Positions 38,671 to 49,200 of a DNA stretch of 64,000 nucleotides are shown one piece after another. The stretch is from IMG/VR virus record IMGVR_UViG_3300030329_002114, positions 1 through 64,000 of that record, one strand, 5' to 3'. Source of the stretch: a virus. The notes under the pieces were generated by a model. It had not been told where the DNA came from. It did not search any database and saw nothing but the letters and a program-made list of their open reading frames with translations. Each line of letters starts with the position of its first letter. Position 1 is the stretch's first letter. Both the position numbers and the translations under genes were made by a program.

Positions 38671-40428
38671 ATGGCAACTTTAACAGGTAAAAAAGTAAGC
38701 GAGAGTTACAAAGACTTACTACAAGTTTCAAATTCAAATAGTGGTGTAGATGCTACACTCAGAACAGTAGAAGATGGCGAAGGAACTTCTGCTGGTGTCC
38801 AGTTATCAACAACGGATACAAGTTTTAATGGTAATCATATTTTAAACGAGCAAGGCAGACAAAATCATGTAGTAAGTACAATGCCCTCTCCATATTATCA
38901 TTTTGATGGCACAAATGATTATATAAGTCTAGCAGATGATGACAGACTTTCCTTCAGTCCAAAATTAAGCATTTCTATCTGGTTTAAATGCAAAGAAAGT
39001 ACAATTAGTGGTGGTGAGGTTTTAATTAATAAATATAACGGAACTGGTAGTAATCGAGAATATACATTATATTTTGGTACAGACGAAAAATTAAATATTG
39101 GTATTAGTCCAACTGGTGGAGATGATGCTGTTGGAAGAGCAACTCCAGTACTTTCTAATTTAGACAAATGGAATCACGCTGTAGTTGTTTGGGATAGCGA
39201 TTATTCAACTGGAACAATAAAGATATACATAAATGGTATTGACCAAGGAACATTAACTGGTTCAGGCACTATTCCTACAGTTATGGCTAATAAAACTTCT
39301 ATTCTTACTATTGGGGCTAATGCTTCTGGTGCTGATAACTTTACTGGTGATATTGGACAAGTACAATTATGGAATATAGCACTTAGTGCATCTCAAGTTA
39401 AAGATTTGTATTCTGGAAAAAGCGTAGAGTACAAATATCAAGGTTCGCCCAATACAGAACTTATTACAAATGGCACAATGGAAGCCGACAGTAACTGGGC
39501 AGATAGAGGCTCTGTTACAACTAGTCGTTCATCAGAACAAGCAAAAACTGGAACATACTCTCGAAAAGTCGTTGCATCTGGCAGTGCTAGTGGTTGGGGG
39601 ATAGACTCAGATACTTTTACTACAGTTGCTGGTAAGCAATATAGATTATCTCTTTGGGTTTATCCAGACGATTCTACTCATATGAGGATTTTATTACACG
39701 ATGGTGGTGGTGGTGTTATTTACAGTAATGATGGCACAGGAATACTTGATAATTTAACACAAGACGCTTGGAATCATATTGAATATGACTTTGTTTCGGT
39801 AACTGGTGGCTCATCAGCACAGGTTAAATTAATGTATAAAGATGGCGAGGATGGCACTATATACTTTGATGATGTTTCTGTAAAGCAACTAGGCTGTACT
39901 CTAGAATTAGATGGTTCAGGTGTTGCATCTGATAAATGGTTAGATAAATCAGGAAACGATTTACATGGAACTCTTGGAGATGGAAGTGATGCTACAAAAA
40001 ATCCAGCTTTAGCTAATGCCCCTTCAGGTGATGATGGTTTAGTTTATGAAGAAGGCGATTTTACTCCTGCAATAAAATTTGGCAGTGGCACAACTGGGAT
40101 TACATACCATGCAAATACAGTTGGTAAATACTACAGAATTGGAAATACAGTTTTTATTACTGCAAATATTAAACTAACCAGCAAAGGTTCTTCTAGTGGT
40201 AATGCAAGAGTAACTGGGTTGCCTTATTCAGTCAATAGTGGGGCTGAACTCTCTGGGTTTGTTATGCCATATTGGACATTTACAAGTGGAAGTCATACAG
40301 GATTACAGGGGTCTGGTACTGAAATCGCTCTTTATGATAAAGCAGATGCTGGGTCAGTTGATTATATCACTGATGGAGATTTTGCAGATACTACAGAGTT
40401 TGGATTTTCAGGAACTTTCAATATATAA
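38671..40428 (+). CDS. fibre/spike protein with LamG (concanavalin-like) and carbohydrate-binding domains
   Basis: FDGTNDYI...WNHAVVVWD...IYING...GDIGQVQLWN (LamG); ELITNGTME...YFDDVSVK (CBM-like); EEGDFTP...YYRIGNTV C-terminus. Confidence 0.8.
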   Translation: MATLTGKKVSESYKDLLQVSNSNSGVDATLRTVEDGEGTSAGVQLSTTDTSFNGNHILNEQGRQNHVVSTMPSPYYHFDGTNDYISLADDDRLSFSPKLSISIWFKCKESTISGGEVLINKYNGTGSNREYTLYFGTDEKLNIGISPTGGDDAVGRATPVLSNLDKWNHAVVVWDSDYSTGTIKIYINGIDQGTLTGSGTIPTVMANKTSILTIGANASGADNFTGDIGQVQLWNIALSASQVKDLYSGKSVEYKYQGSPNTELITNGTMEADSNWADRGSVTTSRSSEQAKTGTYSRKVVASGSASGWGIDSDTFTTVAGKQYRLSLWVYPDDSTHMRILLHDGGGGVIYSNDGTGILDNLTQDAWNHIEYDFVSVTGGSSAQVKLMYKDGEDGTIYFDDVSVKQLGCTLELDGSGVASDKWLDKSGNDLHGTLGDGSDATKNPALANAPSGDDGLVYEEGDFTPAIKFGSGTTGITYHANTVGKYYRIGNTVFITANIKLTSKGSSSGNARVTGLPYSVNSGAELSGFVMPYWTFTSGSHTGLQGSGTEIALYDKADAGSVDYITDGDFADTTEFGFSGTFNI

Positions 40429-40461
40429 ATTTTTTAATTGGATAATTAAAAGGAGTCAGTA

Positions 40462-40839
40462 ATGGCATTAGAAAAAGTGGTCGAAGTAGACCAAGTTGAA
40501 GTAAAAGGTGATTACTCAATACAAGTAAGAACTGCGACAAAAGTAATGGATGGTGGCAGTCAGATTGGTAGCACAAGTTATCATCGTCATGTGGTTCATC
40601 CAGATTCTGTACTTACATCAGAAGATGCAAAGGTAAAAAAGATTGCTGAAGCATTATGGGGCGATACAGAAAAAGAAGAATACTTTGTTTCTCAAAATGG
40701 ACACCCAAGTGGTGAACCAGCAAATAGTTGGACAGCAGTTCAGCTTAAAACTTATTTAAAAAACAATGGAATTTCTTATACAGAATCAGAAGCAAAATCT
40801 AGCTTACTTACAAAGGCAAAAGATAAGTATAACGAATAA
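40462..40839 (+). CDS. fibre-associated protein with C-terminal SAP/HeH-like motif
   Basis: QVRTAT...YHRHV; WTAVQLKTYLKNNGISY...KSSLL. Confidence 0.55.
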   Translation: MALEKVVEVDQVEVKGDYSIQVRTATKVMDGGSQIGSTSYHRHVVHPDSVLTSEDAKVKKIAEALWGDTEKEEYFVSQNGHPSGEPANSWTAVQLKTYLKNNGISYTESEAKSSLLTKAKDKYNE

Positions 40840-41132
40840 TGACTAATAAGTCCTTGAATAATAAGAGCCTAATTAAGAAAGTTCAAATAAGTTTAGGTAT
40901 TTATATCTCTTCAATCCTCGTGCTTTTAATAATTGCATATGGAATGGGTTGCAGGGATACTTATATAGCTGGATATTCTTTAAACCCAGATACGACAACA
41001 CATAATTCAACTATCTTTAATGAAATTGTTGATGCTGATAGCTCTGTTCATTGGTATGTGAAGTTGTACGATGGTGAGTTATGGTGCTACTTCCACAATC
41101 GCTATGAAATGGTAAAACGTGTCAGAAGATAG
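40839..41132 (+). CDS. membrane/lipoprotein-like protein
   Basis: Hydrophobic stretch ending AYGMGC. Confidence 0.4.
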   Translation: MTNKSLNNKSLIKKVQISLGIYISSILVLLIIAYGMGCRDTYIAGYSLNPDTTTHNSTIFNEIVDADSSVHWYVKLYDGELWCYFHNRYEMVKRVRR

Positions 41133-41192
41133 CGAAATACATTTTTGGATAGGCGTAACTGGATTTATTTGGGTCTTTATATTGATTGTTAG

Positions 41193-41531
41193 ATGGCTAA
41201 TAGGTCTGTAGATGGAAAACCTAAAACCGCTAGAAGTATACGAGGCGATGTCATTGATGACAATCTCGCCCTCAATATTAATATTAAGTGGTTGGGTCAG
41301 CTTTTGGTGCTTGTTGGCGGACTTTTTTATGGAGCTTGGCGTATTGAAAATCGTATCACAGTACTGGAACAAAGGATGGCTGAAGCTAATGAACAAATAT
41401 CCGAGCTTGTTTCAAAACATATATCTGAAGAACGTATTAGATATGAAAAGATGGAGGAAGAACTTCAATGGTATCAAAAAGAGCTCAACCTAAATCCCCT
41501 AAGTTGGCGAAAAAAGAAAAAAAGAAAGTAA
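41193..41531 (+). CDS. membrane protein with coiled coil (lysis region)
   Basis: One TM segment followed by coiled coil. Confidence 0.5.
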   Translation: MANRSVDGKPKTARSIRGDVIDDNLALNINIKWLGQLLVLVGGLFYGAWRIENRITVLEQRMAEANEQISELVSKHISEERIRYEKMEEELQWYQKELNLNPLSWRKKKKRK

Positions 41532-41592
41532 TTGGGTTTATGGAAGTTTGTGCAAAGGTAGAGTCTATAATAAGAGGCAATGGAAATAATTA

Positions 41593-41913
41593 ATGGAAGA
41601 ATTTTTAGCATTATACTCCGAAGCAGGAATGATCGGTGTTGTAGGGGCAATGTTTGTCTTTATGGTATATCAAAATGCTAAAAGAGCAGAACAGCAAGGT
41701 GAAGCTATACAAGAATTAAAAATAGAAAATAAAGGTCAGTCTGAGACTTTAGAAAACTTAGAAAGCATTGTATTAAAAATGTTAGATAGGTGGAACAAGT
41801 CTGATGAAACATCTTTAAGGCATCGAGAAGATATAACTAAAGAATTAAATGAGCTGTCAGATAAAGTTTCTTATATGTCTGGTAGAATTAATGGAGGCAA
41901 TAGCAATAGATAA
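41593..41913 (+). CDS. holin-like membrane protein
   Basis: N-terminal TM plus coiled coil; lysis-region context. Confidence 0.5.
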   Translation: MEEFLALYSEAGMIGVVGAMFVFMVYQNAKRAEQQGEAIQELKIENKGQSETLENLESIVLKMLDRWNKSDETSLRHREDITKELNELSDKVSYMSGRINGGNSNR

Positions 41914-42128
41914 TGGACTATGAACCTATAGACGTTTATCGTAATGATGTTAAAGAACGCCTTACGAGAATTGAAACAATTCTTAATAGAGAGCTGCCAG
42001 ATATTAAAGATCAATTAAAAGCTTTAAATGGCAGAACTAGCTCTTTAGAAAATTGGCGTAGTTATATGCTAGGTGGCATAGCTATATTAACAGTAATAAT
42101 AACTTGGAGTAATAAATGGATTGGATGA
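41913..42128 (+). CDS. XhlA-like small membrane protein
   Basis: Coiled coil, NGRTSSLENW, C-terminal TM. Confidence 0.5.
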   Translation: MDYEPIDVYRNDVKERLTRIETILNRELPDIKDQLKALNGRTSSLENWRSYMLGGIAILTVIITWSNKWIG

Positions 42129-42349
42129 ACTGGACTAATTTTGCATATGCTATGGTTTTGGTATTTACGATTATGGGCACGATGGTTGCTCAAAAGTACC
42201 GTATCGTAGTAAAGGAGTTAAAGGATGTGGCTCAGAAGTACAAAGAAGCGTCTAAGGATGGTAAAATTTCAGAAAAAGAAAAAGAACAACTGGCTAAAGA
42301 GTGTATGGATGTTATCATGGCTCTTGTTAAGCTCGTGTGGAGATTCTAA
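42116..42349 (+). CDS. holin-like small membrane protein
   Basis: TM plus DGKISEKE motif, just before the endolysin. Confidence 0.5.
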   Translation: MDWMNWTNFAYAMVLVFTIMGTMVAQKYRIVVKELKDVAQKYKEASKDGKISEKEKEQLAKECMDVIMALVKLVWRF

Positions 42350-42350
42350 T

Positions 42351-42827
42351 TTGTTAAATTCTAAACAAATAAAAGAAATTATCTCTGATACTTTAAAGGA
42401 TATAGATTTACATAGCGATGAAGCTGTCAGTCTTATCTATAATACTGGATTAGTTGAAAGCAGATATGAATACCTTAAACAAATCAAAGGGCCAGCGAAA
42501 GGTCTCTGGCAGTGTGAAAGTTGGGTGGCTGTAGATATATGTAAGAATTATTTAAAGTATAGAGAGCCTTTGATGAAAAAAGTAGCGAAGGCTTGTAAGT
42601 TAGAATGGAAGTATTTTTTAGACCCAAAAGAATCAGAGTGGGAAAATATACTTACTACTAATATATCAGCTCAAATAGCTATGTGTAGATTGCATTATAG
42701 GAGAGTCCCAAAACCTCTACCTAAAACAATTGAAGAGCAAGCGTCACAATGGAAAGTCTATTATAATACATCAAAGGGTAAAGGTACTGTAGAAAAGTTT
42801 CTACAAATAGTTAAACAATACGGATGA
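42351..42827 (+). CDS. putative endolysin (lysozyme-like/transglycosylase fold)
   Basis: TGLVES...YLKQ..GPAKGLWQCE, AMCRLHY, WKVYYNT..GKG; TTG start at 42351 preferred. Confidence 0.7.
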   Translation: MLNSKQIKEIISDTLKDIDLHSDEAVSLIYNTGLVESRYEYLKQIKGPAKGLWQCESWVAVDICKNYLKYREPLMKKVAKACKLEWKYFLDPKESEWENILTTNISAQIAMCRLHYRRVPKPLPKTIEEQASQWKVYYNTSKGKGTVEKFLQIVKQYG

Positions 42828-43585
42828 AAATAAAAGAGACAGTAGTTGTGTTCCCAGATATACATTTTCCAAATCATGACGAAAAAGCATTTAATTGTGC
42901 TTTAAACATTATTAAGAAAGTCAAGCCTACTGGTTTTCTATGTTTAGGAGATTTTGCAGATGGTGAGTCTGTAAGCCATTGGCAATGGAGAAAAAAGAAA
43001 AGACCACCTACAGAATATCAATTACCTATGATATATAAAGAAATAGATGAAGTTAATGAAGGGTTGGATCAAATTGATTCTGCGTTAAAATCCGTAAAGT
43101 GTAAAAAGAAAATTATGGTACAAGGTAATCATGAACTTTGGTTCGATAACTTTGTTGAAGAAAATCCATACTTAGATCACTTAGGTTCTAGAAAGGCTTT
43201 TAAGATAGACTCTAGAGGCTATAAATGGTACCCATATGGAAAGATCTTTAAAGTTTTAGGGTCTAAGCTATATGCTTATCATGGCGGCCATTACGGAGGT
43301 ATTGCACATGCAAGAACCCATGCTTTGCAATTTGGTTGTAACATTATTTATGGACACACACATGACAGTCAAAAGGCAACTGTTCAACATATTGATGGAG
43401 CACACATGGCTCATTCTTTAGGGTGCCTTACAGACATGACAAAAGATTATTTAAAAGGCAGACCTACTAACTGGAGCCATAATGTAGGAGTTGTGGATAT
43501 ATTTACAAACGGCAATTTTAATTTAGTTGTACTGGAGATAGTCAATGGATATACGAGTTATTGTGGAGAAATAATAAGTGCCTAA
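42824..43585 (+). CDS. calcineurin-like metallophosphoesterase
   Basis: PDIH, LGDFAD, GNHE, YHG, GHTH motifs. Confidence 0.88.
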   Translation: MKIKETVVVFPDIHFPNHDEKAFNCALNIIKKVKPTGFLCLGDFADGESVSHWQWRKKKRPPTEYQLPMIYKEIDEVNEGLDQIDSALKSVKCKKKIMVQGNHELWFDNFVEENPYLDHLGSRKAFKIDSRGYKWYPYGKIFKVLGSKLYAYHGGHYGGIAHARTHALQFGCNIIYGHTHDSQKATVQHIDGAHMAHSLGCLTDMTKDYLKGRPTNWSHNVGVVDIFTNGNFNLVVLEIVNGYTSYCGEIISA

Positions 43586-46052
43586 ACAGATATATCAATT
43601 AAAAGATTTTAGTGGCGGTATAAATACATTGCAAGATCCAGCTGACATTCAAGATAATCAATTTGAATCATCTAGAGGCTTTATGTTCAATACTCAGGGT
43701 TCTATTTCTCCCTCTTATGTAATGAATGTTGCAGCTAATAAAGTTACAGCTTTTGCTAATACAAATATCACTACAGTGGAATCAGGCTTTGGTCTGGGTT
43801 ATTTTGAAACAGATAGAAATAGAGACGCTGTAACGGTTGCAGTGACAAGCTCTATTACAGGCGATGATGACAATGAAGGATCTGCAACTGGTTTTATAGC
43901 TAGGCTAAATGGCGGTATTAGGCGAGAGTTAGAACGTAAAAGTGGAGGAACTCAACAAAACTTAGCTGCTTCTTTTCCAGTTGGGACTAGAATACTTATA
44001 ACATCTAGTGATTTTAGTGCTGATGGGTTTGATCCAAAAGGACAGGGCATTTATGATGTTGTTGAGCATAATGGAAACAATATTGTTTTAGATAGAGCAA
44101 TACCTATTATTATTGAAACTCCGCCTCAAGATTTTTGGGGAGCTACAATAACAGGAGTTACAGGAACAGATTTCTTGCTTCTTATAGCAAACCCAGCTAC
44201 ACACAAAATAGATGTTTACTCAACTAATACAGCTGGAACTAATTGGGAAAGTAACGCTATTACATTAAGGTCTTCTGCTAGCGGTGTAGCATCTCAAGTT
44301 TTATATTATAGCATTAATGAAGCTATAAGGTGTTGTGATACAGCAATTGGATCTAGCTCTAAAATTCAATGGTATGGCTTCATACAAAGAAGACATTTTG
44401 ATGAAGCAAATTCTAGTACAGATGCTAATGCTTATTTAGATTTTTATGCGAAAGATAATACACTATCTCCTCCTTCTGAAAATGGTCTAACATCAGCATC
44501 TACAGCTTCCCCTGCAAATTTTACAACTTATCCAGCTGTAGCTGGAACTGGTTTTGAAGTTAATATAATTACAGATCAAGATGAAAATGGTGCAATACCT
44601 GCTGCAACATATGAATTAGCTTCTACCTTTATATATGATGGCAATCAAGAGTCCCTTCCATTCGCTTATTCTAATACACATACTGTTGCAGATGCTTATG
44701 ATTTGAAGTCTTTATCTTTAAATGTAACTGCTTTAGGCCCATATGATCCTAGAATATCTGGTGGTAGAATCTACATAAGAGAACAAGGCATAGACGCAGA
44801 ATATACTATGTTAATTGACATTGACTTAACCAAAGGTTGTAGAACTAAATTTTCAGATGATTTTACAGAATGGCACGATGCAGGTAGCAGTCAATATAAT
44901 TGTCCAACTGCAACAGCTTCTGCTAATTTTGTTGTTAAAGAATTTGGATTAGTCACATATGAAGTTATTAATGGTTTTTCTTCTAGTATATTTAGCAATG
45001 CAATAGGAGATGATGGTGAGAACTGGAAAGATTCTGTTGTTGCAAATAATAGAGCTTTTGTTTGTAATTTAAATATTAAAGATGATATGACTGGCAAGTC
45101 TAAAGCATTAGCTAGTGTTGGAAATTTTGGTGATAGAATTATGTATTCAATGCCTAATCGTTTTGATACATTTCCATATCATAATTACATAGAAGCAGCT
45201 AAAGGTGATAATGATGAGTATGTTGCTATAGATTCTTTTGCTGATAGATTATTAGCTTTTAAAAGATTTAGTTTAGATATAATCAACATAGCATCCCCTG
45301 ATGACGCTGGTTGGTTTTTAGAAGATAGTAAACGCTATATGGGTATAAGAAACACTCAGCTTGTTAAAAAAACTCAATATGGTTTAGTGTTTGCTAACCC
45401 TAATGGATTATTTTTATATAATGGAAATAATATTGTTAATCTTTCAGAGAATTTAATAAGTGATTCAGATTGGTCTTCTCATATAACTACAGATAGTTGC
45501 ATTATATATGATGAACAAGAGTCCCAAGTTTATGTGATAAAGCAAATGGATGGCGATGGTCAGGCATATATGTGCGATTTAAAGAAAAATGTTTTTACTA
45601 GAATTAAAGATTTTACCCCAGATGGCAATGATGGAATTACCAATTCAGTAGATACAGATCAAAATGTATATGTAGGTTATGATGCAGGTTCTCAAATTGA
45701 TGTTCATCAGCTTGTTAGAACTTCAACAAAACAAACTGGAGGTAGGCTGTATTTTAAAGATTTGGATTTTGGCGATCCTTCTGCAATTAAAAAAATATAT
45801 GCAGTATATGTTACATATAAATCAGATGAAGCCTTAACTGGTCTATTTCATATTAGAAGAGATGGAAGTAATATTGATTTAGATGGAACTATTCCTATTT
45901 CATCAGGTTGGAATACTGTAAAGATTGCACCCAGTTCTCCTATTACATGTACAAAAGCTCAGTTTAGATTAGATCTTGATACAGCTGATCCTAATGTATA
46001 TATTAATGATGTTAGTATAGAGTATAGAATAATTAAAAAGAAAGCATCGTGA
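43578..46052 (+). CDS. tail nozzle/stabilisation protein (T7 gp12/P22 gp10-like)
   Basis: N-terminal DFSGGIN, beta-propeller-like body, C-terminal DFGDP..IKK. Confidence 0.65.
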   Translation: MPKQIYQLKDFSGGINTLQDPADIQDNQFESSRGFMFNTQGSISPSYVMNVAANKVTAFANTNITTVESGFGLGYFETDRNRDAVTVAVTSSITGDDDNEGSATGFIARLNGGIRRELERKSGGTQQNLAASFPVGTRILITSSDFSADGFDPKGQGIYDVVEHNGNNIVLDRAIPIIIETPPQDFWGATITGVTGTDFLLLIANPATHKIDVYSTNTAGTNWESNAITLRSSASGVASQVLYYSINEAIRCCDTAIGSSSKIQWYGFIQRRHFDEANSSTDANAYLDFYAKDNTLSPPSENGLTSASTASPANFTTYPAVAGTGFEVNIITDQDENGAIPAATYELASTFIYDGNQESLPFAYSNTHTVADAYDLKSLSLNVTALGPYDPRISGGRIYIREQGIDAEYTMLIDIDLTKGCRTKFSDDFTEWHDAGSSQYNCPTATASANFVVKEFGLVTYEVINGFSSSIFSNAIGDDGENWKDSVVANNRAFVCNLNIKDDMTGKSKALASVGNFGDRIMYSMPNRFDTFPYHNYIEAAKGDNDEYVAIDSFADRLLAFKRFSLDIINIASPDDAGWFLEDSKRYMGIRNTQLVKKTQYGLVFANPNGLFLYNGNNIVNLSENLISDSDWSSHITTDSCIIYDEQESQVYVIKQMDGDGQAYMCDLKKNVFTRIKDFTPDGNDGITNSVDTDQNVYVGYDAGSQIDVHQLVRTSTKQTGGRLYFKDLDFGDPSAIKKIYAVYVTYKSDEALTGLFHIRRDGSNIDLDGTIPISSGWNTVKIAPSSPITCTKAQFRLDLDTADPNVYINDVSIEYRIIKKKAS

Positions 46053-46477
46053 TGGATAGAATTTCTAGGTATATTAATAACAGAAAGCAAGACAAAATTC
46101 GCATGTCTAATAGCAGACCCTCATTACAAAGCTTACGTGAGGGTGAAGAGGTTCTCTATATTAATAAAGATAATAAGCTTTGTAGATATAGAAAAGAAAA
46201 AGGCATTCTATGGAAGTCTGAAATGAGTCACGATGGAAATCATATTGTAGAAAAAGATTTAAAGATTAGAAAGAATTTATCAGTCTCAAAAGATATTCAT
46301 CTTGATGGAACTATAAAATTTGATAATGGAGTTGATATTACCACTAAAGCAACAAGTGGTAATGAAACATTAAGCATAACAACGGAAGAAACTGTTGGGA
46401 GTTCTGTAACTCCTGACGGTAGTTTAAAAGTATATATAAATGGTACTTTGTACCAAATCCCAGTAAAAGAGGTTTAA
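46049..46477 (+). CDS. putative tail needle/fibre-like protein
   Basis: Follows the nozzle gene; beta-spiral-like stretch, ends VYINGTLYQIP. Confidence 0.45.
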   Translation: MMDRISRYINNRKQDKIRMSNSRPSLQSLREGEEVLYINKDNKLCRYRKEKGILWKSEMSHDGNHIVEKDLKIRKNLSVSKDIHLDGTIKFDNGVDITTKATSGNETLSITTEETVGSSVTPDGSLKVYINGTLYQIPVKEV

Positions 46478-46478
46478 T

Positions 46479-47408
46479 ATGTCATTAAGTAGTTTATTAT
46501 TGCAACAACAAATGAGCGAGACTGAAGCAAATCTGCAAGATGTGTATGACGCAGAAGACAGAAGGCGTCAAAAATCTGGAAAATGGGCAGGGCTTGGAAA
46601 TTTTGGTGGGGGTCTTCTTGGCTTGGGTGCTGCTGCAGCTCTTGGCGTTACTGCTCCTTGGGCTGTTGGTTTAATAGCAGGTGCAGGTTCGCTTGGTGGT
46701 GGTAAGCTAGCAGAACAATGGGCTGGGGGTAGTACAGATCAAAGAACTTCTTTAGGTCAAAATGTTGATACAATAACTGGAGGCAAAAAAGAATTTTCAC
46801 AAAAAGTTAAAGATAGGTATAAAAAGAATGTTGATAGATTTCAGAAAGAGCAAAATTCAAGAATATTTAATAAAGCAGTGAGTACTGGAATTAAAGCTGG
46901 TATGTTTGCTTGGCAAGATCCTTCTAATCAATTTACAAGAGGATCTAACTATTTGCGTAGTAAGCTTGGATTATCTCAAGCTGGAGGGCCAGTTATCCCT
47001 GATACCACTGACGCTATTAATACGATGCAAGCTTATGATCCATTTGGTAGTCCACCAAGTCAATTTGGTGCAACTCCAAATCCTACTGGTGTAATGTCTG
47101 GGCCTATGGCTGCTCAAGTAGCTGCTGACCCTACAATTGGACAAGGAGTGCTTTCTTATGATAATTGGATGGATCAACAAACGGCTCCAGTTACACAAAA
47201 TATTATGGGAGGTTGGTCTGATATTTCTAATTGGAATCCATTGGAACAAGCAATGAATAGAGGTTCTGCTATGAAATCAATTGGATTACCCACACCACCT
47301 ATGAACATGGGGATCCCTAGGCGAATTGGGTATGATCAGTATCCAAGTGGTTTTATTGGAGCTCCTAATCCGTATTTACAAGGTAATACTTATACAAACA
47401 AACCTTAG
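46479..47408 (+). CDS. putative ejection (pilot) protein
   Basis: Gly/Ala TM-like hairpin GLLGLGAAAALGVTAPWAVGLIAG; low-complexity tail. Confidence 0.55.
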   Translation: MSLSSLLLQQQMSETEANLQDVYDAEDRRRQKSGKWAGLGNFGGGLLGLGAAAALGVTAPWAVGLIAGAGSLGGGKLAEQWAGGSTDQRTSLGQNVDTITGGKKEFSQKVKDRYKKNVDRFQKEQNSRIFNKAVSTGIKAGMFAWQDPSNQFTRGSNYLRSKLGLSQAGGPVIPDTTDAINTMQAYDPFGSPPSQFGATPNPTGVMSGPMAAQVAADPTIGQGVLSYDNWMDQQTAPVTQNIMGGWSDISNWNPLEQAMNRGSAMKSIGLPTPPMNMGIPRRIGYDQYPSGFIGAPNPYLQGNTYTNKP

Positions 47409-47420
47409 GGAGTAAGATTT

Positions 47421-48677
47421 ATGCACATACCAAATCATATAGACACAGACCCTTCATCAATGACATTTAGTGGCTCTGGTGGAGGAACAAACCCAGCTCA
47501 TTCTAATCCATTACCAGCTGCGTCCTCTGCTCCATATAGTGCTGCTTATGGCCAGACTTTAGGTGCTAATTGGGGAGGAAACATGTCGGGACTTCAGAGT
47601 GCTTGGAATAATCAATTTGGCAATACAGCTGGTACCAATCCAACAAATCCTAATCCATATGATTTTAATTGGTCTTCCAGTACAATAAATCCATATTTAC
47701 AAGGAGCAAATGTTAATAACCCAACTGGAATGGATCAACTTCAATGGCTCAGTGGTCAAGGTATAGATGTTACTGGGCTATCAGATGAGGAGCTTGCTTT
47801 CTTACCATCTATGGATAAGTTAAATACAGCTTGGAATAGAATGAATACTAATGTGGGAATGGCAAGAACAGGTCTTGGTTTTGGAATGGATGCGTCTCAA
47901 CTAGCTGGTACACAAAATTTATTAGGAATGAGTGGAGGTCAAGGTCTTTCTAGCATTGGAGGTGGGTTTGGCAAAACAGCTGCAAATATGTTTAGCAATT
48001 TAAGATCACAAGGTCAACAATATAGAACAGATTTAAATCAACAACTTGCAGGTTTTCAATCCGATGTACTTGGAATGCGTTATGACTTTGAAGATGCAGA
48101 AAGCAATTATCAAGATAGTTTAACAACAGCATTAGGAAATATTATGGCTTCTGGCGAAACAGATTTAGCTGTATCTGCAACAGCTGGGCCTTTTAATCCC
48201 CCTCAAGGTGCTTCAATTGGAACTAATTACCAATGGGGATCGAATACATATACATTAGCAGCTGATGGTCAATGGAAAAGACTAGGAGGCGAAGGTGGGG
48301 TTGCAGGTGCTCAAGAAGACGCATTTGGAGCAAATAATTATGTAGATGCTGGTTTTAATGCTGCATCAGGTATAGACCCAAGTAATCCATTACAGGGAGT
48401 ACTTACTCCAAATACAACTACGGATGAACAAGGTAATCAAACTACTACAACATATAGTTTCTTATCAGACAATAGACTTAAAAAAGATATTAACTATTTA
48501 TTTACTATGAATAATAAAGTTCCTATTTATTCATTTAAGTATAAAGGGTACAATGAAACTCATATAGGTACTATGGCTCAAGACATAGAAGATATGATAC
48601 CAGATGCTGTATCTGAAGTCAATGGATATAAAATGGTTGATTATGAGAAAGTATTTAACTTTAAAGGAGGTCAGTAA
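47421..48677 (+). CDS. putative ejection protein with C-terminal intramolecular chaperone (peptidase S74-like) domain
   Basis: Low-complexity G/N/S body; SDNRLKKDI...YSFKY...GTMAQD...PDAV...VDY. Confidence 0.7.
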   Translation: MHIPNHIDTDPSSMTFSGSGGGTNPAHSNPLPAASSAPYSAAYGQTLGANWGGNMSGLQSAWNNQFGNTAGTNPTNPNPYDFNWSSSTINPYLQGANVNNPTGMDQLQWLSGQGIDVTGLSDEELAFLPSMDKLNTAWNRMNTNVGMARTGLGFGMDASQLAGTQNLLGMSGGQGLSSIGGGFGKTAANMFSNLRSQGQQYRTDLNQQLAGFQSDVLGMRYDFEDAESNYQDSLTTALGNIMASGETDLAVSATAGPFNPPQGASIGTNYQWGSNTYTLAADGQWKRLGGEGGVAGAQEDAFGANNYVDAGFNAASGIDPSNPLQGVLTPNTTTDEQGNQTTTTYSFLSDNRLKKDINYLFTMNNKVPIYSFKYKGYNETHIGTMAQDIEDMIPDAVSEVNGYKMVDYEKVFNFKGGQ

Positions 48678-48678
48678 T

Positions 48679-49200
48679 ATGGCAATGGATAGATATACAT
48701 CAGGCTTTGATATAGCCGATACCTTAGAAGATACCTTATTAAATTGGGTTATGTCTAATAGGAAATTACAAGAAAACGCTAGGCAGTTTAATAGAGACCT
48801 AGAAGAAAGAAAAAGGCAGTATGATGCAACTTTTGGAGAAGGCAAAAGGAGATATGATATAACTGATCAGCTTGGTAGAGATATGCGTTTAGGTGATAAA
48901 AAAATGGCTCAACAAATATTAGGTAGGGAAAGCGTAAAAGAACAAATAGAAAAATGGGATAGAGCTAGGAAAGCCTATACAAATGCTCAAGAAAAAAAGT
49001 TTTTTGGTATTGGTTTTGATGAACAACGTTCTATAGAGAAATTTGAAAAAGAAGTTGGCCCTCGACCTGAATTAAGACCAATGACTTTACCAGATTATCC
49101 TTTTATGCCTAGTTATGGAATGGATCAAAGTATTATTAGTCAAGCTCCTTCTCAAAGAAGAACAAATTTTTTAAATGAACTTATGCTAGGAGGTATGTAG
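48679..49200 (+). CDS. putative ejection protein
   Basis: ATG 48679 after AGGAGG; coiled coil ENARQF...KRQYD. Confidence 0.55.
   Translation: MAMDRYTSGFDIADTLEDTLLNWVMSNRKLQENARQFNRDLEERKRQYDATFGEGKRRYDITDQLGRDMRLGDKKMAQQILGRESVKEQIEKWDRARKAYTNAQEKKFFGIGFDEQRSIEKFEKEVGPRPELRPMTLPDYPFMPSYGMDQSIISQAPSQRRTNFLNELMLGGM

Noticed and set aside
38671-40428. Diversity-generating retroelement acting on the fibre gene
   Set aside because: No reverse transcriptase, and no template/variable repeat pair with adenine-specific differences; the 102-bp repeat is not in a fibre gene
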